64,000 bases of DNA, from positions 1 through 64,000 of the forward strand of contig JAJRYD010000036.1 of NCBI GenBank assembly GCA_024275955.1, in the 5' to 3' direction. Below are positions 56,857 through 64,000 of the stretch, one piece after another; position 1 is the first letter of the stretch, and each line of letters opens with the position of its first letter. The notes beneath the pieces were generated by a model. It was not told the origin of the DNA, did not search any database, and was given only the letters and a program-made list of their open reading frames with translations. The translations under genes were made by a program, and so were the position numbers. This DNA comes from Nitrospirota bacterium. GTDB taxonomy: Bacteria > Nitrospinota_A > UBA7883 > JACRGQ01.

Positions 56857-58365
56857 TTAAGGGGTGCTGTCAGGCTTGCTTTCCTGTTTTTTCTGTTTCT
56901 TAAGCTGTGGGAACAGTATAACTTCTCTTATCGACTCGTTGTTCGTAAGTAGCATCGTAAGCCTGTCAATTCCTATCCCTTCGCCGCCGGTAGGAGGCAT
57001 GCCGTATTCCAGTGCTCTTACATAGTCTTCATCCATCCATTGCGCTTCGGAGTCGCCGGCATCTTTTAACGCCACCTGTTCTTCGAACCGCCTGTGCTGG
57101 TCTTCCGGGTCGTTAAGCTCGGTATAGGCGTTTGCTATCTCCCTTGCGCCTATCATCAGCTCGAACCGTTCTACCAGCTCAGGGTTGTCATCTTTTTTCT
57201 TGGCGAGTGGAGATAGGGCGAGAGGATAGTCGTATATAAAAGTAGGCTGAATGAGCTTTGGCTCCACGGCAAAGTCGAAAAGTTTTTCCAAAACTTTTGC
57301 GCCATGTTCTGTTTTCTCTGTCTTAACGCCATGCTCCTGCAACCATGCTTTTGCTTTTTCAAAATCGCTTATCACATCTTCGGGGATGCCGCCTATCTTG
57401 AAAAGCGATTCGTGGAAAGTGTACCGCTGGTATTTGCCGCCGAGTTCTATCTCGTTTTCGCCCCATTTTACTTTTGTGGTTCCGCACACATCGATCGCAA
57501 GCTCCGAAAACATCTTCTCCGTAAGCTCCATAAGCGAGTTGTAATCGGCGTACGCCATGTAAAACTCCACCATAGTGAACTCGGGGTTGTGCGATGTAGA
57601 TATCCCTTCGTTGCGGAACGATTTGTTGATTTCGTACACTCTGTCGAAACCGCCTACTATAAGCCGCTTTAGGTACAGTTCCGGCGCTATCCGCAGGTAG
57701 AGATCCATATTAAGAGTGTTGTGGTGCGTTATGAACGGCTTTGCTGTAGCGCCTCCAGGCACTTCCTGCATCATAGGCGTTTCTACTTCGAGGAAATCCA
57801 TCTTTTCCAAAAAACGCCTGATGCCGTTTATTATTTTTGCCCGCTTTTTAAAGGTTTCCCTTACACCTTCGTTTACTATCAGGTCTACATACCTCTGGCG
57901 GAACCTTGTCTCGACATCTTTAAGGCCGTGCCATTTCTCAGGCAATGGCCTTAGCGATTTTGTGAGCAGGGTAACCTTTTTTGCATGTACGGTAAGCTCG
58001 CCGGTTCTGGTTATGAACATAAATCCTTCAACCCCGATGATATCTCCGATATCGAGTTTCTTAATTTCGGCGTAATCTTCGCCGATCTCATCTCTTTTTA
58101 TATAAACCTGCATTTTGCCTTTACCGTCCTGCAGGTGTGCGAACATCGTTTTGCCGTGCCCTCTTTTTGTCATTAACCGACCGGCAATAGTTACTAACGG
58201 TTTTTCTAATTCGAGCTGTTCGGCTGTTTTTTCGCCATGTTTACCCCGTATTTCTGTGCTGTTATCGGTCGGTTTAAAGCGGTTTATATATGGGTTTGGG
58301 CCGTTTTCCCTCAGCTCCCTCAGCCGCTCTCGTCTGCTTTCAATCTGCTCATTTTCCTGAGACAT
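56857..58365 (-). CDS. lysS: Lysyl-tRNA synthetase, class II
   Basis: Class II motifs 1-3 ([10 protein letters not shown]). Start at MSQENEQ with an AAGAGGA SD. Confidence 0.9.
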   Translation of the reverse strand: MSQENEQIESRRERLRELRENGPNPYINRFKPTDNSTEIRGKHGEKTAEQLELEKPLVTIAGRLMTKRGHGKTMFAHLQDGKGKMQVYIKRDEIGEDYAEIKKLDIGDIIGVEGFMFITRTGELTVHAKKVTLLTKSLRPLPEKWHGLKDVETRFRQRYVDLIVNEGVRETFKKRAKIINGIRRFLEKMDFLEVETPMMQEVPGGATAKPFITHHNTLNMDLYLRIAPELYLKRLIVGGFDRVYEINKSFRNEGISTSHNPEFTMVEFYMAYADYNSLMELTEKMFSELAIDVCGTTKVKWGENEIELGGKYQRYTFHESLFKIGGIPEDVISDFEKAKAWLQEHGVKTEKTEHGAKVLEKLFDFAVEPKLIQPTFIYDYPLALSPLAKKKDDNPELVERFELMIGAREIANAYTELNDPEDQHRRFEEQVALKDAGDSEAQWMDEDYVRALEYGMPPTGGEGIGIDRLTMLLTNNESIREVILFPQLKKQKKQESKPDSTP

Positions 58366-58527
58366 TAAAGTAATTCCTCTTAAAGTCCGATTAAACAAAG
58401 GCGACAGTATAGCCTAATTAGCTCTGCAGTCTGCCTGATATCTCCAGATATGGCGATATTAGTCGCACTTGTATATTTGTGCCTGTATAAATATACTATA
58501 ACCAGAGATGATGAAAGGTATCGTAAC

Positions 58528-58860
58528 ATGCTGAATGTAAGTGTCCAAACAGTTTTGAGTATGAGTAACGCCGCGGAGCGTGTTCAGGCTGTTGCTCAGT
58601 CTGGCTCTACCCTTGCTTCCGAGCAGGCGAAAGAACTTTTGGAAAAACAGCACGAGTTGCGCAAGGAAAAGGTTTTGGAAACTCAAGATATCGAGGAGGC
58701 CAAAATCCGTGAGGAAGACCAGCGTAAAAAGGACCAACAGAAACGCGAAGACACTTCTGAGCAAAAGGAACGGGAAGATGGTGACCCATCTGTTGTTGCC
58801 GAGGCCTCTGCTTCGGTGGGACAGCTTGAGAGTGGTCAGCTTCTCAATATAAAGGTCTAG
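58528..58860 (+). CDS. Hypothetical coiled-coil, highly charged protein (first gene of a 4-gene flagellar-type operon)
   Basis: A GAAAGG SD lies 8 nt upstream of ATG 58528. K/E-rich predicted helix. Confidence 0.4.
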   Translation: MLNVSVQTVLSMSNAAERVQAVAQSGSTLASEQAKELLEKQHELRKEKVLETQDIEEAKIREEDQRKKDQQKREDTSEQKEREDGDPSVVAEASASVGQLESGQLLNIKV

Positions 58861-58884
58861 AGCCTTTTTAGATTTCACAAAAAT

Positions 58885-59346
58885 ATGGGTGGGTGGCTGG
58901 TATTTCAGTTAGCGGTTGACCTGCTCATTTTCTTTGTCCTTGTTTTTCTTATTGTCAAAGGTGTAGCTAAAGATAAGCCGGAAGCGAAAGATATCGGTTT
59001 GATGCTGGACGAAATTAAAAAGGCAACCGAAGAAAACCGGAAACTGGCATCCAAAATAGAAATCGACTTGAAAGAGGCCGGCAACCTTATCGCCGTACAA
59101 GAAGCTGTCCGCAGAAAAAAAGCTACAGCTTCTATTAAAAGACCGGAACAGCTAGACCTCAGCGAGAAGCCGGTTTCGGCAGAGGCTGAACCGCTTCCTC
59201 CTATAAGCGTCTTGAGCGACAGAAAACGGAACGTTAAAACGCTCTATAGGCAAGGGGTTTCAAAAGACGGCATAAGCGAACGGCTTTCTATCCCTCTGCC
59301 TGAAGTAGATCTTATCGTCGCGATGATTGGCGACGAAGATAAATGA
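58885..59346 (+). CDS. Membrane-anchored protein with a C-terminal HTH-like motif (DUF2802-like architecture?)
   Basis: N-terminal TM (LIFFVLVFLIV). The C-terminal LYRQGVSKDGISERLSIPLPEVDLIV resembles a sigma-70 region-4-type HTH. Confidence 0.45.
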   Translation: MGGWLVFQLAVDLLIFFVLVFLIVKGVAKDKPEAKDIGLMLDEIKKATEENRKLASKIEIDLKEAGNLIAVQEAVRRKKATASIKRPEQLDLSEKPVSAEAEPLPPISVLSDRKRNVKTLYRQGVSKDGISERLSIPLPEVDLIVAMIGDEDK

Positions 59347-60434
59347 TCAACCTTTCCGAAGTAGCTCCTTCCATTTTTAAGGCTATCCTCAAGGGAGAAA
59401 CAGGTAAAGTTGAAAGCCGGTTTTCCACTGGCGAGCTAGTACAGGGAAAAGTGATAAAAGCGCTTGGACGGGATGGAGCGGTTGTAAGGCTAAGAGGGCT
59501 TGATCTTATAGCCGCGACAGCAAAACCTTTAGTAAACGGGCAGTCTATATTGGTAAAGGTGGAGCAGGTAAAGCCGCAGTTCCAAGTATCACTTTTGCTC
59601 AACGAAACAGCGGCGCAGGAAAAGAAGGCGGCAATGCTTAGGCTTTATCTTCCGCAGGCTATGCCAGCCGGAAAAATGACAGGAGAGTTGGCAAAACTAG
59701 TAGCTTTACTTCCAAAGTCTCTCTTAAAAGGAACCGAGCTGGATGAAATACTCTCTAAACTTTTGCGTAAAAGCGGGACAGAAAGGGAGGCAGGAAAAAG
59801 CGGCGCCGGAAAAGGCTACGCGAAAGCGGAACAGAGCAACCTGTTAAAGCTTCTTGGTTTTTCGCACGAGTCGGATATAGCAAAAGGTAAGCCGACGGCG
59901 AACCTTAAAAGCGCACTGCTCCTGTTGAAGCAAAATATGGAAAAAATGGGAGAGAAAACCTTCTCTAAATATAGCGAACCGATGGAAAAGGTTACCCGCG
60001 CAATTCAGAATATAGAACTAAAGCAACTGATGAACATTGATGAAAAACTTAAGAACTGGGAGATCCCTTTCTGGAACGGAGAAAAAACAGCTACGGCGAG
60101 GCTGTACGTTAGGCGTGAAAAAAAACAAGGCAAAGAGAAAAATGAAAAAGAGGGCGGGACAGCTGTTTCGCTTATGGTCGAGATGAGCAGGCTCGGCCCT
60201 GTCCGTGTCGAAGCGCGGGTAAAAGGCAAAAAGATTACGGGAGATATCTACATTGGCGATGGAGAAAAGGCCGAGAAGGTTCAGGAGAGTTTGCCGTTGC
60301 TTATTCAAGGCTTGAAAAAGGCAGGTTTTACAGCCAAGTTTCAGGTGCAGACGGCAAAAAGCTATTTTCTTACCGAAAAACTGGAAAAAGAAAGCCCTCC
60401 AGCCGTAAAGGGGCTGTTAAACATAAAGGCTTAA
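59343..60434 (+). CDS. FliK-like hook-length-control-type protein (C-terminal Flg_hook-like domain)
   Basis: The C-terminal 120 aa (ARLYV...VSLMVEMSRLGPVRVEARVKGKKITGDIYIGDGEKAEKVQESLPLLIQGLKKAGF) follow the FliK C-terminal pattern. A 4-nt overlap with the upstream gene. Confidence 0.55.
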   Translation: MINLSEVAPSIFKAILKGETGKVESRFSTGELVQGKVIKALGRDGAVVRLRGLDLIAATAKPLVNGQSILVKVEQVKPQFQVSLLLNETAAQEKKAAMLRLYLPQAMPAGKMTGELAKLVALLPKSLLKGTELDEILSKLLRKSGTEREAGKSGAGKGYAKAEQSNLLKLLGFSHESDIAKGKPTANLKSALLLLKQNMEKMGEKTFSKYSEPMEKVTRAIQNIELKQLMNIDEKLKNWEIPFWNGEKTATARLYVRREKKQGKEKNEKEGGTAVSLMVEMSRLGPVRVEARVKGKKITGDIYIGDGEKAEKVQESLPLLIQGLKKAGFTAKFQVQTAKSYFLTEKLEKESPPAVKGLLNIKA

Positions 60435-60437
60435 AAT

Positions 60438-60722
60438 ATGGGCAACGATAAACGTAAAAAAGCTGTCGCTCTTGGGTACAAAGCGGGGGTCGATACCGCT
60501 CCCAAAGTGCTTGCTAGCGGTGGGGGGCTGGTTGCCGAAAAGGTTATCGCTATAGCGAAGGAACATGGCATACCGATTCATAAAGATTGCGACCTTGTGG
60601 AAGTTCTATCCGGCCTTGACCTAGATGAAGAGATACCGGCCGATCTTTACACAGCGATAGCCGAGATTCTTGCCTTTATCTACAAGTTAAACAAGGATGT
60701 CACAGATAAAATTAATAGATAG
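60438..60722 (+). CDS. FlhB C-terminal-domain-like small protein (EscU/YscU/FlhB family, COG2257; YlqH-like)
   Basis: KAVALGYKAGVDTAPKVLASGGGLVAEKVIAIAKEHGIPIHKD...EIPADLYTAIAEILAFIYKL matches the stand-alone FlhB-C paralogue family. Confidence 0.75.
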   Translation: MGNDKRKKAVALGYKAGVDTAPKVLASGGGLVAEKVIAIAKEHGIPIHKDCDLVEVLSGLDLDEEIPADLYTAIAEILAFIYKLNKDVTDKINR

Positions 60723-60752
60723 ATAATTAACAGGCAGACAATAGCTTGAAAT

Positions 60753-60781
60753 TGACTTATAAGTGTGATTCTGTTAATATA
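60753..60781 (+). promoter_or_regulatory. Putative sigma-70 promoter for dnaN (TTGACT, 17 nt, TAATAT)
   Basis: Seen in the sequence about 85 nt upstream of the dnaN ATG. Confidence 0.4.
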
Positions 60782-60863
60782 TTCCAATCGAAATAGTAGT
60801 ATTTAATACATTGTTTTTAAGGGGGTTGCCGGTTTCTAGTAGAGAGAAAGCCGGATTAGAAAA

Positions 60864-61970
60864 ATGGAATTTAAGATTAACCAAAAAGAAATTCTGCTCT
60901 GTTTTCAACGGGTTCAAGGCTTTATAAATCTTAAAGGGGCAAATCCTGTTTTAAGCAATGTCCGTATCGAGGCAAAAGGGAGCGGCATAGAGGTATTTGC
61001 GACCGACTACGATGTTGGCCTTAGTGGTTCCTACGAGGCGACTGTCGTCGAAGAAGGTGTTGTGGCGCTTCACGGCAAGATGCTATTTGATATCGTTCGA
61101 CAGCTTCCAGAGGATGAGATAATGTTTAGGTACTCCGGTACCGGCAGGTGCGAAGTTGCCTGCGGCAAGTCAAACTTTAAACTTGCTACCATAGACTCCG
61201 AAGAGTATCCAGAGAACCCCGGCTACCCTGACGAGAAATTAATAACTGTCGATAAATCTATATTCAAAAATATGCTCGATAAAACTATCTATGCCGCCAG
61301 CCAGAACGAATCTCGGATGGCTCTCAATGGCATATATTGCCAGTTTTACCCAAACGCCTTCAAGGTTGTAGCTACCGACGGGCATCGGCTTGCGTATGTA
61401 AGCCGAAGTGTCGATTTTCCGGTAACAGAAACTGTCTCGGTTATAATTCCGAGGAGAGCCGTAATAGAGCTTAAAAAACTTATCGACGAAGACGGCGATG
61501 GAGAGACTCTTGGTATTGTGCGGGCAGATAATAGAATATTCGTAAAAATCGGTTCGCTCCTGTTTTTCTCTAGGGAGGTGGAAGGCTCCTATCCTAATTA
61601 CGATCAGGTAATTCCCTACAAAAACAGCAAAGAAGCGGTAATCGATGTTGAAAGCGTGAAGATGGCTTTACGGAGGGTCTCCACAGTGGCGGCGGAAAAG
61701 TCGAAACTTATAAGCTTCAACTTCAAGCCGGATAAGCTTGAGATATCTTCGGAATCGTCGGAGATTGGTGAAGCGTTTGAAGAGGTTGAAATAGAGTATT
61801 CCGGTGATGTTACAAAAATCGGCCTAAACTCGCAGTACACGCTTGAGACATTAAGCCACATAAACAGCGGGAAAGCTGTTTTAAAGTTTGAAGGGCAAGA
61901 GGACGCGCTGATGGTAAAACCGTCAGACGACGATGACTGTGTCTCGGTTATAATGCCGATGCGTATCTGA
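60864..61970 (+). CDS. dnaN: DNA polymerase III beta sliding clamp
   Basis: 368 aa in three-domain beta-clamp organisation; typical N-terminus MEFKINQKEILL... Confidence 0.85.
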   Translation: MEFKINQKEILLCFQRVQGFINLKGANPVLSNVRIEAKGSGIEVFATDYDVGLSGSYEATVVEEGVVALHGKMLFDIVRQLPEDEIMFRYSGTGRCEVACGKSNFKLATIDSEEYPENPGYPDEKLITVDKSIFKNMLDKTIYAASQNESRMALNGIYCQFYPNAFKVVATDGHRLAYVSRSVDFPVTETVSVIIPRRAVIELKKLIDEDGDGETLGIVRADNRIFVKIGSLLFFSREVEGSYPNYDQVIPYKNSKEAVIDVESVKMALRRVSTVAAEKSKLISFNFKPDKLEISSESSEIGEAFEEVEIEYSGDVTKIGLNSQYTLETLSHINSGKAVLKFEGQEDALMVKPSDDDDCVSVIMPMRI

Positions 61971-62282
61971 GCTTTTCACCTAACTTCGTTAATCGCTTCT
62001 TTTGCCAGAGGTTCGTCGCTAAAACTTTTCTAAAGTCTTTTCACCAGCTTTAGCTTTGCGAGCGTGCTGTTAGGCTTATCGGGTCGTTGCCAGATAGCAT
62101 AAATTTGGCTTTGCTATAAATTGCCAATCTCTAATGGCTCTGTTTTTAAGAAGCTAGAAAACAAACTCCCCCTCCTTAAATGTTCAAAAAAACTCTTTTC
62201 AAAAACAGCTCTCTCACGGGAGGCGGCCGAGTGGAAAGGCCGGAAACATAACAGCATATTTCCGGCCGTAAAATTTAATGGT

Positions 62283-63239
<957 letters not shown>

Positions 63240-63265
63240 TCAAATAATATAAATAGAGAAACTGC

Positions 63266-63877
63266 CTAGCTCTGGCGCGCGTAGCCCAAAGCGCCTCCAG
63301 CTTTAACGATATCTTTAGCCCTCTCCGCAAGACCGTGTGCAACCTCTATATCTATCCCTTTGCTCTTGTTCTTAAGAATAAGGGTATCGCTCTTAAGGCC
63401 GCCGAGAGATAGGCTAAGCTTGTCTCCCTGCTCTATTTTACCGTAGTCCTTCTCGTTGACAAAAGTAAGCGGAAGAATGCCGAAGTTTATCAGGTTCGCG
63501 CGGTGGATTCTTGCGAACGATTTGACGATAACAGCTTTTACGCCAAGATACATAGGTGCCAGCGCCGCATGCTCGCGCGAGGAGCCTTGCCCGTAGTTCT
63601 GACCGCCAATGACAAACCCTCCGCCCGCTTTCTTTGCTCTCTCGGGGAAGGTAGGGTCGATACCTTCAAAAACAAATTCGGAAATGGCAGGTACGTTAGA
63701 GCGGAGCGGTAGAATTCTCGCCCCCGCCGGCATGATATGGTCGGTAGTTACATTGTCTTGCGTTTTAAGAAGCACCTCGCCACTGAGCGAAGTGGAAAGA
63801 GGCTCGCTTATCGGCAGTGGCTTGATATTTGGTCCGCGGACAACCTTCGTCTTTTTCTTGGTAGGCCTGATTATCAT
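63266..63877 (-). CDS. leuD: 3-isopropylmalate dehydratase small subunit
   Basis: 203 aa; aconitase swivel-domain motifs (GQNYGQGSSREHAALAP). Confidence 0.8.
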   Translation of the reverse strand: MIIRPTKKKTKVVRGPNIKPLPISEPLSTSLSGEVLLKTQDNVTTDHIMPAGARILPLRSNVPAISEFVFEGIDPTFPERAKKAGGGFVIGGQNYGQGSSREHAALAPMYLGVKAVIVKSFARIHRANLINFGILPLTFVNEKDYGKIEQGDKLSLSLGGLKSDTLILKNKSKGIDIEVAHGLAERAKDIVKAGGALGYARQS

Positions 63878-64000
63878 GTTGTCGTTGATGGTAAAGCTTT
63901 TGGGCCATGCGATTTTTGGAGCTGTTTTGGCAAGCTTTCGCGGGTCGGTCAGTACCCCTTTAAGAGCGGTCGCTACCGCTGTTTCGGGAGAGACAAGGTA
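63874..64000 (-). CDS. leuC: 3-isopropylmalate dehydratase large subunit, C-terminal end (partial; continues beyond the window)
   Basis: The upstream ORF ends ...FTINDNMI* with its stop overlapping the leuD ATG (ATGATAA). Assignment is by gene order only. Confidence 0.45.

Overview
This is a 64-kb bacterial chromosomal window at roughly 45-50% GC, dominated by housekeeping genes (gatCA, greA, recN, nadK, waaA, coaBC, groESL, rpoZ, topA, lysS, tmk, dnaN, mdh, leuCD, ddl, glgP-like phosphorylase, PBP1A, an RNase P RNA). Several features point to a delta-proteobacterium-like lineage (Desulfobacterota/Myxococcota-like), though I cannot confirm this: a sigma-54 activator, an MJ0042/AgmX-type zinc-ribbon protein, DUF1844, DUF2061, and many PilZ/GGDEF/REC proteins. 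The non-housekeeping content falls into six groups. (i) At least three families of short non-autonomous repeat elements with terminal inverted repeats (about 130 nt, 290 nt and 110 nt; MITE-like) occur 5, 3(+1 partial) and 2 times in intergenic regions. One is nested in another, and the 290-nt family shows compensatory base changes in its hairpins. (ii) A 1312-aa hyper-acidic membrane-anchored zinc-ribbon protein has eight perfect 27-aa tandem repeats. It is followed by an orphan REC-HisKA(DHp)-only protein bracketed by two direct copies of the 290-nt repeat. (iii) Scattered flagellar/T3SS-type remnants are present: a FliK-like plus FlhB-C-terminal-domain-like operon, and a fliN-like gene interrupted by an in-frame TAA. 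(iv) The window start carries an IS3-family transposase 5' end plus a tRNA 3'-half fragment and a C10 tract. (v) A canonical CIRCE operator lies upstream of groESL. (vi) An RND efflux operon has a small coupled membrane ORF. No CRISPR array, reverse transcriptase or recognisable defence system was found. Coordinates of RNA and repeat features are hand-derived and may be off by a few nt.
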